This document shows positions 10,511 to 21,489 of a stretch of 64,000 bases of DNA, one piece after another. The translations under genes were made by a program, and so were the position numbers. Source of the DNA: Macrostomum lignano (taxonomy: Eukaryota). Under the pieces are notes generated by a model, which worked only from the letters and a program-made list of their open reading frames with translations, did no database searches and was not told where the DNA came from. The stretch lies in NCBI GenBank assembly GCA_002269645.1, contig NIVC01000420.1, positions 310,001 through 374,000 on the forward strand, written 5' to 3'. The first letter of the stretch is position 1. Each line of letters begins with the position of its first letter.

Positions 10511-13500
10511 ATGAGCAGCTCCGACAACGCCACAGCGCCAGCGCTACGACTAAACCTCAGAGAACCGCCTCCATTTCTCAACAACCCAGGAACACCTGTG
10601 GTTTCATGGGAAACTTGGGCCGCTGAGTTCGACACCTACCTGCTAGCGTCAGGAGTCGACGGCTTGCAAGAAGCCAGGAAGATCGCACTGCTCGTGCACT
10701 GCCTCGGGCGGGAAGGAGTGCGAGTCTACCGGACTCTTATCAAGTCTCCAGCTGAAGCTCCAGCGACACTCAAAGCGGCATGCAAACTGCTTAAGGAGCA
10801 CTTTCAGCCCACCGTCAGCGTGTATGCCAAGCGCCATGACTTCCGGAAGTGCGTCCAGCGGAGCGGCGAAGGCGTGCACGCATTCGTGGCAAACTTGCGT
10901 CATGCCGCCAGAGACTGCGAGTTCCAGAGCCTTCACGACGACCTCATCCTGGACCAGCTGATCTTCGGCACTTCATCAGCGAAGGTGCGCGAACGCCTCC
11001 TGCTAGAGCAAGAGCTCACCCTGGACGGAGCAATCCAGATTGCCGCCCAGGTGGAAAAAGCTATCCAGAGTGAGAAGTCCTTGACCGGCAAGAATGCAGC
11101 TGACGACGGCATCAGGAAGATCAACGCCAAGAGAGCTCCGACTGGCACCAGAGGCCAGGCAGCGCGACCACCGCAAGAGCCCTGCTGCTCGCACTGCGGT
11201 AAGCCGGGCCACCGCACAGGCAGCGACCCGCGCTGCGCTGCCCGTGGCAAAGCGTGTAAGAAGTGCGGGAAGCTTAACCACTTCGCCAGCGTGTGCAAGA
11301 GCAGCACCACGGCACCGCACTCGGCTCAGAAGAAGGTTCAATGCGTCGACTTCGACAGCTCCGCTCAGCAAAGCATCTTCGCCGTCAGCACGGACAAGAA
11401 GGGCGAGTACAAGAGAGCCAGCGTCAGGATCAACGGGTTCAGCACTCCGCTGTTGGTGGACACAGCTGTCAAGGTCTCCATCATCAACATGCAGACCTGC
11501 AGGAAGATTTTCGGACCCAAGGTCCCCCTGCGACCGTCGGAGAGACATCTCGTGTCGTACAACGGCTCCAGCATCAGCGTCGCCGGCGAGGTCGACGCCA
11601 CGGTCGAGTTCGACTGCGTCCAGCTCCCGTCGTTCACCTTCACCGTCGTCATGGACGGCGATGACCTGATGGGAATCGACCTGATGGACAAGCTGAACTG
11701 CAGAGTTCTCGGGCCTTCCGGACATCAGATTGCTGCGGTCGAGTCCGAGGAGCCTCCGGCCACGTCGATGCCCGAATGGATTCCAGCTAAGTACCACGCC
11801 TTGGGCACCGGACTCGGTGAGATCAAAGGGTTCTGCCACCGTCCCAGAGTTGACCCAACTGTGCCTCCCGTAGCTCAGCGTCTGCGCCGACTGCCTCTAG
11901 CGCTGCGCCAGGAGTGCGACAGCGAGATTCAACGCTGGGAGGAAGAAGGCATCATCGAGCGAGTCGACGGCGACATCCCTGACTGGCAGTCCAACGTCAC
12001 CTGTGCCCGCAAGGCCGATGGGAAGCTGCGCCTCTGCGTTGATCTGCAAAGCGTCAACAAGGCGATCATCCCGGACTCGATGTCACTGCCTACCTTCGCC
12101 GACCTGGTGACCGAATTCAACAATTCGAAGTTTTTCTCAAGGATCGACCTCAACCAGTCGTATCTACAGCCGCTGACAGCGCTCCTGCGCAAGGACGCGC
12201 CATGGAACTGGGACGCGAAATGCGAGGCGGCCTTCAGCGAGGTGAAGCGGCTCATCTCATCAGCACCGTGCCTGAAGTTCTTCGACCAAGATCACGAAAC
12301 CGTCGTCTCCTGCGACAGCAGCGACGTCGCCCTGGGCGCGACCCTGAGCCAAGTCGACGAGCACGGACAGCTGCGGCCAGTCGCCTTCGCCTCGCGAGCC
12401 CTATCCGACACCGAGCGCCGCTACTCTGCGTCAGAGAAAGAGGCCTTGGCCTGCGTCTGGAGCTGCGAGCATTGGCACCTGCTGCTGTACGGTCGCAAGT
12501 TCAAGCTTCTCACCGACCATCAAGCGCTGACGACCCTGCTGTCACCTCGAGGAGTCGGCCAACGACCTCTTCGACTTCAGCGCTGGTGCGAGCGACTCTT
12601 CGTCTACGACTTCGACATCGAGTGCGTCCCCGGCAAGCTCAACGTCCAGCCCGACTTTCTGTCTCGCTACGGCTACGACGGCAAGAGCGCAGCCAACGAG
12701 TCCAATGAGCAGCACCAGAGCGAGTCCGACATCAACCTGGTGCTGGCCAGAAGCGCCGAGCCGATCTCAGTCACTCAACTGGCCGACGCAACCAAGAGCG
12801 ACAACCAACTGCAGCGAGTCATCGGGTTCCTCATCAACGGATGGCCAGCCGAGGTTCCAGCCGACCTGAAGGGCTTCCACCAGGTGCAACACGAGCTCTA
12901 CCTATGGAACGATGGTTGCTGCCTGGCGAGAGGCAGCCGAGCCGTCATCCCGACTGACCTCCGCGACCTTGTGCTGGCAGAGGCGCATCAAGGACATCTC
13001 GGCGTCGCCAAGGTCAAGGCGCGGTGCCGCGATACGGTCTGGTGGCCGCGCATCGACAGCGACGTGGAGGCCTTCGTGCGGAACTGCAGTGCCTGCGTCC
13101 TGTCCGAGAAAGCGTTCAAGCCGATCAAGGTCCCATGGTCAACGACGGAGCTACCAGCGGGTCCATGGCGACAGCTGCAAGTCGATATAGTTGGAGAGCT
13201 GCCGGAAGCCAATGTGCCTCAGTCCCATCGATTTTTCATTGTCGTCCACGATCTCTACTCCAAGTGGCCTGAGATCATCGCATCTTCATCCGTGACTTCC
13301 GCTGCGTGTATCGAAGCCCTTCGCAGCCTGTTCGTCCGCTGGGGGCTTCCAGACGAAATTACCACGGACAACGGACCTCAGTTTGTGTCAACCGAGTTTA
13401 CGGACTTCCTCAGCTCGCTCGGCATCAAGCACCGTCGCACTCCGTTCTACTGTCCACAGCAGAATGGCGGAGTCGAGAGATTCAACGGCTTCATCAAGAC

Positions 13501-13906
13501 GTCACTGCGCGCACTACTCGCCGACGGTGTGCCAGTGAAGCAGGCGGTTCAGGAGCTGCTGCTCGCGTATCGATCATCTGAGCACGCGCTGACCAAGAAG
13601 TCGCCGGCTGAACTGATGCTGGGATGGAAGCTCCGCCTGCCTCTCGATCGTCTTCAACCAGCAAGCACCGAGTCAACGACGGACCAGGAGCTGCGGCGCA
13701 GCGTCACGGAGCGACAGCAGCGGGCCAAGAGCCGCCGCCGGATGCGCAAGCGGAACCAGCCGCTGAAGGACGCAGCGTTGACTGTCGGGAGCCGCGTCCG
13801 CGTCCGCCGGCCGAGGCGCGGAAAGCTCAGCAGCGGCGTCTCCGAGCCACAGACAGTCGTCAGTCGCGAGGGCAACACCATCACTCTGACCGATGGCAGC
13901 CGCTGA
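10511..13906 (+). CDS. Gag-Pol polyprotein: gag with two Cys/His knuckles, protease (LVDTA), truncated RT, RNase H, integrase
   Basis: CSHCGKPGH..C and CKKCGKLNHFASVC; CDSSDVALGA; EKEALACVW; HQGHLG..CSAC; VDIVG, TDNGPQF, NGGVERFN. No YxDD motif. Start taken as the first ATG (10511). Confidence 0.92.
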   Translation: MSSSDNATAPALRLNLREPPPFLNNPGTPVVSWETWAAEFDTYLLASGVDGLQEARKIALLVHCLGREGVRVYRTLIKSPAEAPATLKAACKLLKEHFQPTVSVYAKRHDFRKCVQRSGEGVHAFVANLRHAARDCEFQSLHDDLILDQLIFGTSSAKVRERLLLEQELTLDGAIQIAAQVEKAIQSEKSLTGKNAADDGIRKINAKRAPTGTRGQAARPPQEPCCSHCGKPGHRTGSDPRCAARGKACKKCGKLNHFASVCKSSTTAPHSAQKKVQCVDFDSSAQQSIFAVSTDKKGEYKRASVRINGFSTPLLVDTAVKVSIINMQTCRKIFGPKVPLRPSERHLVSYNGSSISVAGEVDATVEFDCVQLPSFTFTVVMDGDDLMGIDLMDKLNCRVLGPSGHQIAAVESEEPPATSMPEWIPAKYHALGTGLGEIKGFCHRPRVDPTVPPVAQRLRRLPLALRQECDSEIQRWEEEGIIERVDGDIPDWQSNVTCARKADGKLRLCVDLQSVNKAIIPDSMSLPTFADLVTEFNNSKFFSRIDLNQSYLQPLTALLRKDAPWNWDAKCEAAFSEVKRLISSAPCLKFFDQDHETVVSCDSSDVALGATLSQVDEHGQLRPVAFASRALSDTERRYSASEKEALACVWSCEHWHLLLYGRKFKLLTDHQALTTLLSPRGVGQRPLRLQRWCERLFVYDFDIECVPGKLNVQPDFLSRYGYDGKSAANESNEQHQSESDINLVLARSAEPISVTQLADATKSDNQLQRVIGFLINGWPAEVPADLKGFHQVQHELYLWNDGCCLARGSRAVIPTDLRDLVLAEAHQGHLGVAKVKARCRDTVWWPRIDSDVEAFVRNCSACVLSEKAFKPIKVPWSTTELPAGPWRQLQVDIVGELPEANVPQSHRFFIVVHDLYSKWPEIIASSSVTSAACIEALRSLFVRWGLPDEITTDNGPQFVSTEFTDFLSSLGIKHRRTPFYCPQQNGGVERFNGFIKTSLRALLADGVPVKQAVQELLLAYRSSEHALTKKSPAELMLGWKLRLPLDRLQPASTESTTDQELRRSVTERQQRAKSRRRMRKRNQPLKDAALTVGSRVRVRRPRRGKLSSGVSEPQTVVSREGNTITLTDGSR

Positions 13907-14169
13907 CACATCAGCCGCTGCATCCTTGATGACCACCACGGCTGGGGTGACGGGGCCGACGACACAGAGGCTCTGCAACAGCCGGACGGCGGGAGACCAG
14001 AGGCGGCGCCACCGCCAACGCCACCGCTGCGCCGCTCTGAGAGACTTCTCCGTTGTGACTCACGATTGACTGACTTGACTAACTGACTGCTCATGCACCG
14101 AAAACTGTTCCATTGACATTGCTTGCTTTAATGCGTCTGCTTATCCCACCCGTAATCTGTCACCTCTTT

Positions 14170-14183
14170 GCACGGGGGGATGA
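14170..14183 (+). promoter_or_regulatory. Polypurine tract (GCACGGGGGGATGA) abutting the 3' LTR
   Basis: G-run immediately 5' of the 3' LTR. Confidence 0.75.
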
Positions 14184-14482
14184 TGTTGTGAATGTGCATG
14201 CTCAATGCTATTATGTAACGTACGCGCATCGATGTACATCTAGCTCATATCAGTCAGATAATATATATTGGCCAGCTCACTGTAGCTGAGAGCCACCTCT
14301 CCTCTCCTTCGCCTTACGTGAATTGATTTCATTCATTTGGCCAGCGGCCACAACACCCTCTCCCCTCTCCGTCTCTCCCCTCTCCGTCTCTCCCCTCTCC
14401 GTCTCTCCCCCCTCTCCGTCTCTCCCCCTCTCCGTCTCCCTCGTCGCCGTCTCTGAGAGCGGAGAAATTGAATTTATAAATA

Positions 14483-14737
14483 AATTGATTACACCTGCCC
14501 TAATAGCAGAAGGCTGAAGGCTGCGTACGGCTGTTCAGTCGAAGGACTGGAGGGTCGCCACACACACCCTCAATTACCCCAGCTAATGCTGGCACCCATT
14601 TTACTGAAACTGAAGCAATGCAGAGAGATAAGTGTCTTGCTCAAGGTCAAAAATTTTTCGGAGTAGAGCGAGAATCGAACTCCCGACCTTGAAGTCGTGA
14701 GTCCGACGCTCGAACCACTAGGCTACAACCCCCCCCC
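14483..14737 (-). mobile_element. tRNA-derived SINE with a CORE(MIR)-like central domain
   Basis: Minus strand: A-box TAGCCTAGTGG, B-box GTTCGATTC, then GACCTTGAGCAAGACACTTATCTCTCTGCATTGCTTCAGTTTCAGTAAAATGGG. 3' boundary approximate. Confidence 0.75.
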
Positions 14738-14747
14738 TCATGCTCAC

Positions 14748-15017
14748 CGAATTCAGCGGGCTCGGCTCAACCCCGGCTGCCAGCAGCGCCAGCACGAGCT
14801 GCAGGTGGCCCTCCTGCGCTGCCAGGTGCAACGGCGTGGCGCCGCCGGCGTTGTCCCGCGCCGAGGCCGCGGCGCCGTGGCCAAGCAGGAAGCGCGCGGT
14901 TGAGAGGCGACCAAAAAAGCAGGCAGCGTGCAGCGGGGTGAAGCCGGCCCGAGTTGTTGGGTCAACCTGGGCGCCGTGGTGAACCACCAGCGACTCCGCC
15001 ACGGCTAGACGGTCCTC
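14748..15017 (-). CDS. Ankyrin exon (ANK repeats)
   Basis: 270 nt, AG|EDRLAVAE...GFTPLHAACFFG...GATPLHLAAQEGH...PLNS|GTGAGC, phase 0-0. Confidence 0.93.
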
Positions 15018-15375
15018 CTGCGGTAGTTTTGCGGGGTTCGCTTGCACTCACTTGCTCTCTTGCATAGCGCTATATGGGGCTTTACTTAGATTAGACAGCA
15101 TGCCCTAAGGAGACAGGATCAGATGAAAATTTCACCAAATAAACTTGTGAGTTTTACTCCAGATTTACTCATAATAATCAACTCCAGAACACTTGCGCTT
15201 CGCATCCTATTCTAACTCACTAGTAGCCGTCTTTTCACTTTGATTTTCCTAAAATTTAAAAGCTAGATGTTGCAATAGAAATTTTTCCTAAAGAAGAGAA
15301 TGTGGACGAAACCTACATAAAAGTTTACTGCATTCGTCCTTGACCAGGAGTTGTCGCAACTTTGCTTTCACTGAC

Positions 15376-15972
15376 CTGTGCTGCCAGGTGTAGCGGCGCA
15401 ACTCCTCCTGTGGAGGCCTGGTCAACTCTGGCGCCACGGTTCACCAGCAGGTCGCACAACTCCGCGTGGCCCTCCTGCGCTGCCAGGTGCAGAGGAGCGA
15501 AGCCGCTCTTGGAGGCGGCGACAGCAGCGCCGGAGGCAGCGGCGTCCAGCAGGCAAGCGGCGAGGTCGACGGCGCCCCGTCTGGCTGCGATGTGCACCGG
15601 CGTGTAGCCGTTGCTGGCGGCGCACAGAGCGCTGGCACCGGCCTCGAGTAGGGCCTGAGCGGCCGACAGACGGTGGTAATGCGCCGCCAGATGCAGCGGC
15701 GTCAGGCCGTTCCGACCGCGAGCGTTCGCGTCGGCCTTGACGGCTGAAGCCGGCCCGGAGCGGCTGGTTGTCGTCAGCAGCAGCTGTCGGATGACTCCAG
15801 CTCGGTCGTATTTCGCCGCGGTGTGCAACGGCGTTGCTCCTCGACGCGTGGCTGCATGAGGGTCAGCGCCCGCGTCCAGCAGTAGCCGGACAACAGTCTC
15901 GTGGCCCTCCTTGGCTGCCGCGTGCAACGGCGTGTAGGCGTCCTTGCTGGTGGCGTTGGGGTCCGCGCCGGC
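15376..15972 (-). CDS. Ankyrin exon (ANK repeats)
   Basis: 597 nt, CAG|AGADPNATSKDAYTPLHAAAKEGH...GVAPLHLAAQ|GTCAGT, phase 0-0. Confidence 0.93.
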
Positions 15973-16083
15973 CTGTCGGTTGATTGATTTGGGTTTGAAC
16001 GAGTCAGAAGTTATTCGCTAAAGCTTAGCGTAACTTTCAACTCAATTTAACAGCATGAATATGAGGGTCGTAGTTGACCCAAG

Positions 16084-16372
16084 GAGGTTCATAACCCAGT
16101 GGTCCAAAGCGGTGCTCTCATGTTCCAGCGGCCCAGGCTCGATTCCAAGTGCAGTCACATTAAGTTGGGGCTAAATTGGAAGCTCGGCTTGGCTCTGCTC
16201 GTGCAATTAACGCCTTGAAGTGTACATGCCTAACGATAAATACAGTTAGGGTCGCTGTACACTCCTGTGAGTGAGTGTGTGCCTGTGTGCCTGTACATGT
16301 ATCCGCGCGCTTGTGTGCCTGCTCAGGGGAGTCGGTGGAATTGGCAACAATGTCGCTTAGAGTGCGCCAGGG
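16084..16372 (+). mobile_element. tRNA-headed SINE family B, copy 1
   Basis: A-box-like TAACCCAGTGG and B-box-like GCTCGATTCC. Closely matches the reverse complement of 24590-24885. Boundaries approximate. Confidence 0.7.
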
Positions 16373-16452
16373 TGCACAGCCAAACAGCTAGAAAGAAACA
16401 GATAGAAACAAACAGCATGAATAACCAGCTAATTAGATAGATAATCGCGCAC

Positions 16453-17055
16453 CTGCAGCAGCACAGCAACAGCCTCGGCGTTTCCCATCCTGCAGGCCAC
16501 GTGCAGCGCAGTCTGGCAGTCGCGGGCCACCGCGTCAACTGGGCAGCCGCCTCTGCCAAGCAGCAGCCGGACAACCTCGGCGTGACCTCCGCGCACCGCC
16601 AAATGCAGCGGCGTCTCGCCCCGGATCGTGGTTGCTGAGACCGCCGCTGCCGCCGCCGCGGCTGTGGAATCTCCTCCAGCAGAGCCTGTGGACGACCTCT
16701 GATCGAGTGGTGGCGGCACCAGCAGCCTGGACACCACAGCCGCGTGGCCCATGTAGGCGGCCACGTGCAGCGGCGTCAAGCCGGACTCCGTGGCGGCGGC
16801 CGGATCGGCACCTCTGGCGAGCAGCAGTTCGACCACGCGGAGGCGGTTCTTCTTGCAGGCGATGTGCAGCGGCGTGAAGCCGTTCAGCGCTCGCGGCGCC
16901 ACCCGACAGCCGTGGTCCAGGAGCAGCTGGGCGGAGCCGGCAAAGCCGCAGTGCGCAGCGACATGCAGCGGCGTCAGCAGGTCGACGGTGGCGTCCTCAG
17001 AGTGGGCGCCGTGGCTTAGCAGCAGGCGAGCGCAGTCGGCGTGATCGCCTTGCAC
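16453..17055 (-). CDS. Ankyrin exon (ANK repeats)
   Basis: 603 nt, TTGCAG|VQGDHADCARLL...LTPLHVAAHCG...GFTPLHIACKKNR...AVLLQ|GTGCGC, phase 0-0. Confidence 0.95.
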
Positions 17056-17289
17056 CTGCAATGACGAATTCAATCAGCAGTCGGGGTTCTGTGTTTAAAC
17101 AGCGATAGCTACGAGATAGTTTGCCTCCTTTTGCTTGTTTTTGTTTTACTAATCTGTCACACAGTAGGCAGTGAAGAAGTTATTTTAATTGACAGACGAT
17201 GATGCGCGATGTTGTCTAAAACCCCTTGGAATGTGAAGATAAGCCAAATCACTAGTAAACAGAATGTACGACTCGTCAAGGCCTCTCAC

Positions 17290-18096
17290 CGCCATGTGCA
17301 GCGGAGTCAGGCCGCTCCTTGACCGCACCGACACCCCGGCTTGCCGAGCCAGCAGCAGCTCCAGCACGGCAGTTTGTCCAGACCGGGCTGCGCAGTGCAG
17401 CGGCGTCAGACCGTCGCGAGTTCGGCAGTCGACGCTGGCACCGGCGTCAAGAAGTCGCTGGGCGACCGCCTGGGTGCCCCACTTGGCGGCCACGTGCAGC
17501 GGTGCGATGCCATTGCGGGCCGGGTAGGTGGCATCGGCGCCGCGCTCCAGCAGCAGTCCGGCAACACCGGAGCTGCCGTAGTGCGCGGCGATGTGCAGCG
17601 CTGTGAAGCCGCTGCCAGCCTGCTGGTTGGTGTCGCACTCGGCCGTCAGCAGCAGCGCCGCCGACCGCGTGTCGTCTTTCTTAGCGGCCACATGCAGCGC
17701 CGGCATGCGCGACCGGCCCCGTGTGTCGTTCTCCAGCAGGATGGCCACCACCCTGTCGTGGCCCTGCTGCAGCGCCACGGCCAGAGGCGTGAAGCCGTCG
17801 GTAGTTGCGAGCGTCTGGAGAGCGCCGGAGGCCAACAGGAGGCGGACAACGTCGACGTGATTCTCCTGCGCTGCCATGTACAGCGGCGTGAAGCCGTTCT
17901 GCGACTGGCAGTTCACTTTGGCGCCCTTCTCTATCAACAGCCGGGCCACTTCCAGCTGTCCGGCCAAGCAGGCGATGTGCAGCGCCGTGTTGCCCTTCTT
18001 TGTGCAGGCGTCCGGGTCGGCATTTCGCATCAATAGCTCTCTGACCACCGCAGTGTGGCCCTCCTTGGCTGCCAGATGCAGCGCATTCAGGCCGTT
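17290..18096 (-). CDS. Ankyrin exon (ANK repeats, [14 protein letters not shown]...TPLHMA)
   Basis: 807 nt, phase 0-0. Motifs [29 protein letters not shown] and [36 protein letters not shown] are diagnostic of canonical Ank1/2/3/unc-44-type ankyrins. Confidence 0.96.
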
Positions 18097-19294
18097 CTGT
18101 TTGGGCGAATGGTTTGATAGGGGAAGTTCATTGAGCGTGTATGAGCTCTATGATCTAAATGACGATTCTGCAATCGCAAATTAAGGATTAAGGATTAACA
18201 CAGAATAAATGTATTCTGTATGTAAAATCCCAATTAGTGCCAGAGTTTATGCTTCTTAATTCCCAAAGCATCAGACATCTTGGACTTGGGACTTGGACAT
18301 TAGAGCGACAGACAGATCCATATCGATGCACTTTGAGTGGGAAAGATCGACACTTAAGATTGAGAATTGCGGAACTTCGATTTACATTAATGACTAAAAT
18401 CTTTTTTGGACTGCCTCTCAATCGAGCATCCAGTTCTATCTCAGTCAGCTCTCTGACCCTGAAATTCGAAATCAAACCGCTCTAATTTGACTCTTGACCG
18501 TTTCCCAAGTCGATTCTGGCTCATTGGGAATGGGAGAATATTGATTCCGTTGGGAGATTGGTCAGAAAATTAATTCTGCTTGACAAAACTCGTACTCATT
18601 TATCTGGCTTGGCCAGAAGACACTTGAGTGACTTTTTTGATTTTCTATGAGCAAAGGAAATGTTCTTGTCAGAACGCTGGTCTTTAATTACCAAGTCTAG
18701 TTCCCGGGAATCAATGCCTTTGCTTCGAGTCCGCGGTTAAAAGACATTCCGGCTGCAGAATCAACCTGTTTTTTACACAAAAACAAGTAGTTTGAGGCCT
18801 GCTTGCGGCAGCAGAATTTAAGTATAGCTCGTATAGCGATGTTGCTGGAAATCACAACAAAGTTACGAGTAGAAGGAAGCCGTCAGTGGCCAAAGTCACC
18901 AGTGTCGTTTGTTAATAAGATTAGAAAACTCATAGTGAGTCGACATTCCGTTTCAGCCTATGTGGGGGCCAGAAAATGAGAAATCGTGCCAGCCCCAGAC
19001 TAGCAGTCACCCTTAGGGCGTGCGATGGAGCTATCCGATGCGCAAAGGCAGCAGGAAATTTGACCTTGCTCAAGCGTATTTCGGCTGAGCTCAGAGAGGC
19101 GCTGGAGCGTTCCCGGGGGAGTCGAACTATCGGCTATCGCGCTTTTGAATAGCTCAAATTCGACTCATCTCTCTGGCACTCTCTCGTTCAATATCAATCC
19201 CATTCTTAACGCCTGTTGCTCCGTTCTTTCCTTCCTCCGTGCTTTTGTTTTCCCGCTTTTCTGGTACAGGCTCCGGTACCCTCCGGCTGGTCCG

Positions 19295-19695
19295 TCTATG
19301 ATCAGCTCTGCTACCCCAACCGATAAGTCTATGATCAGCTCTGCTACCTCACCGATCCGTCTATGATCAGCTCTGCTACCTCACCGATCCGTCTATGATC
19401 AGCTCTGCTACCCCACCAATCCGTCTATGATCAGCTCTGCTACCTCACCGATCCGTCTATGATCAGCTCTGCTACCCCACCGATCCATCTATGATCAGCT
19501 CTGATATCCCAACCGATCCATCTATGATCAGCTCTGCTACCCCACCGATAAGTCTATGATCAGCTCTGCTACCCCACCGATCCGTCTATGATCAGCTCTG
19601 CTACCCCACCAATCCGTCTATGATCAGCTCTGCTACCCCACCGATCCATCTATGATCAGCTCTGATATTCCAACCGATAAGTCTTTGATCAGCTG
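19295..19695. repeat. 32-bp minisatellite
   Basis: CTATGATCAGCTCTGCTACC(C/T)CACCGATCCGT. Confidence 0.93.
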
Positions 19696-19736
19696 AAAAA
19701 CGCACAGTTCCTTGCACCATGTTTCGTCAAACTCAC

Positions 19737-19994
19737 TGTCGCATCGTGAAACTGCAAGAACTTTTCCAGTTCAGGCGTAATGGCCAAACCGTGCTGCGAA
19801 CGCAAAGGATGCCTGCGTCGGAACCTCAGCAACTGGGGCTGCTGTTGTTGTTGAATCTGCTGCTGCTGCTGCTGCTGAACTCGCTGATGACGGGAAGACA
19901 GCGGTGGTAGCGGTGGCGGTGACAACAGCTGGACGCAGCCCGTTGGACGCTGCAACGCGCTGACACCATCGCGGATTGCTGATCGGCGGTACAT
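19737..19994 (-). CDS. Candidate alternative first coding exon of ankyrin (polyQ/Pro-rich N-terminus, MYRRSAIRD...LQFHDAT)
   Basis: ATG at 19994, 86 codons, strong phase-0 donor ACA|GTGAGT compatible with the 18096 acceptor. Confidence 0.5.
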
Positions 19995-20394
19995 TGTTTG
20001 ATTCTTCCCAGCTGCCACTGTGGACTTCTCATCCCAGCTCTTTTCCAGTTGGCGATTGTTGTCTAGATTCTTTAAATCTCTCTCTTATTTTTCTCTTAGC
20101 GAATTATGTGAACACAGGCCCCGGTCAGCCAATGACTGTTGGTCTTCGACTCTCGTTCACTTTCTATCTAACAGCCCGAGCATTTGGAGACTTTTCGACA
20201 GATCCTGCAAACACGGAAATTTCCAACCTTGAAGGACGCATCTGCGAATTCACGTCAAATAAGAGAGAACACGACAGCTACTGGGATAGAAGATAGTTAA
20301 GACAGATTCTTGGACGTACTCTGGAGATGTCCTGCAGTCAAAGAGACTAATGAGCAAAGCTTGACGTGTTCATGTTCGTTTGTTTTTTTAATTC

Positions 20395-20545
20395 TCCGCT
20401 TTAATTTGCAGAGACGGGTCTCGTTCTGCTACGGATTGATCAAAAAGAATACGAGAGTCCGTGTACGGACCCCAAATTAATTTGACCAAGCCGCGGACTC
20501 GAACCCCAGGAAAGCGCCTGATCGTTGACCACCTATAAGGCTTGT
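20395..20545 (-). mobile_element. Possible diverged tRNA-SINE head related to family B
   Basis: Minus strand GGTTCGAGTCC B-box followed by GTCAAATTAATTTGGGG, versus GTCACATTAAGTTGGGG in copy 1. Confidence 0.35.
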
Positions 20546-21042
20546 GCAAGACAGCTCCTTGCCCTAATACTCAGCGTTGTCTCAATATTTTTCGGCTGTT
20601 TCAGTTATCTTCAAAGAATTTCGGTTTGCTTTTAACAAAATCTTGCGCAGCAGATAAGTGCGCAGTGGCAGGTGAAGAGAAATCTCCCATTTTTCTCCAA
20701 GCTCCAAGTTTTTTTCAGAGTTTTCCTTTACTTCTTGTGTCCGCTATTCAATTTTTTAGCACACGCCAGTTCACGACAATTTCTTCCCACTTGTACCGAT
20801 CTGGGACTGGAAGTCTTCGAGTGGCATTTTGCAGATATCCCACCTGCTGGGAAGACTATGCCTTTGCTTCTCTTTGCGTAAAACTGCACCATTTCCCATC
20901 CATACGGATTCCTTCAGGTCGACTTTGGCGCTGACGATTTTCAGTCGCGGCTTCTCTGAACCTACAAGTTTACGTATATCCTTCTAATTCGTACTTTCAG
21001 TCATTCTCCACGTTCTCCATCTGGTTTAGCTAGCAGCTTAAT

Positions 21043-21489
21043 GCACAGATACTAGAATAACTAGATGGGCCACTCAGCGCATATGCGTGTAAGCTACTTT
21101 CAGTTCAGTAGTAAGTTAAACAGAAGTTTTTAATTGTATTTTTAAAGCCCAGGCTCAATTTTGGCTCTTACCCCCAGCTTAAACCCTCCAACCGGGCCTT
21201 TCCACACTACCCCCGCCCCGCCCCAATTTTTATTGCCTTTCTCGGACTTCCAGCCTAAATCGGCCATGTACATTTCAGTGGACTGGCCAATGTACATTAT
21301 TGCTGAACCAATTAGCAAGTTGTTTACGCCTGCAAGCTTGGGCTTCTAAACTTATCAAAGTCATTTCAGCTGCCTTTATTTTTATAAAATAGCTTATGTA
21401 TTCTTCTTTGCTACTGAACTGAAAGTAGAAAGCTGTTTTACTAAGTATATATGCCTGAGTGGCCCAACTAGTTATTTTAGTAGCTGTGC
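21043..21489. mobile_element. MITE / non-autonomous DNA transposon
   Basis: Imperfect ~70-bp terminal inverted repeats starting GCACAG and ending CTGTGC, including a perfect inverted 18-mer CTACTTTCAGTTCAGTAG (21095-21112 and 21411-21428). TTAAT lies directly on both flanks. Confidence 0.75.

Larger units (their letters stand above)
10209..14355 (+). mobile_element. Ty3/Gypsy (Mag-like) LTR retrotransposon, young, RT-deleted, antisense within an ankyrin intron
   Basis: Identical 172-bp LTRs (10209-10380 and 14184-14355) with TGTTGTG...CACAACA ends. 5-bp TSD CCCTC (10204-10208 and 14356-14360), PBS-like and PPT motifs, single gag-pol ORF. Confidence 0.97.

Noticed and set aside
14670-14737. 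tRNA gene
   Set aside because: A and B boxes are present, but there is no acceptor-stem closure or T-run terminator, and it runs into a CORE-like body, so it is a SINE head.
10649-17860. Overlapping antisense or alternate-frame ORFs over the Gypsy and the ankyrin exons
   Set aside because: Expected shadows of GC-rich coding sequence.
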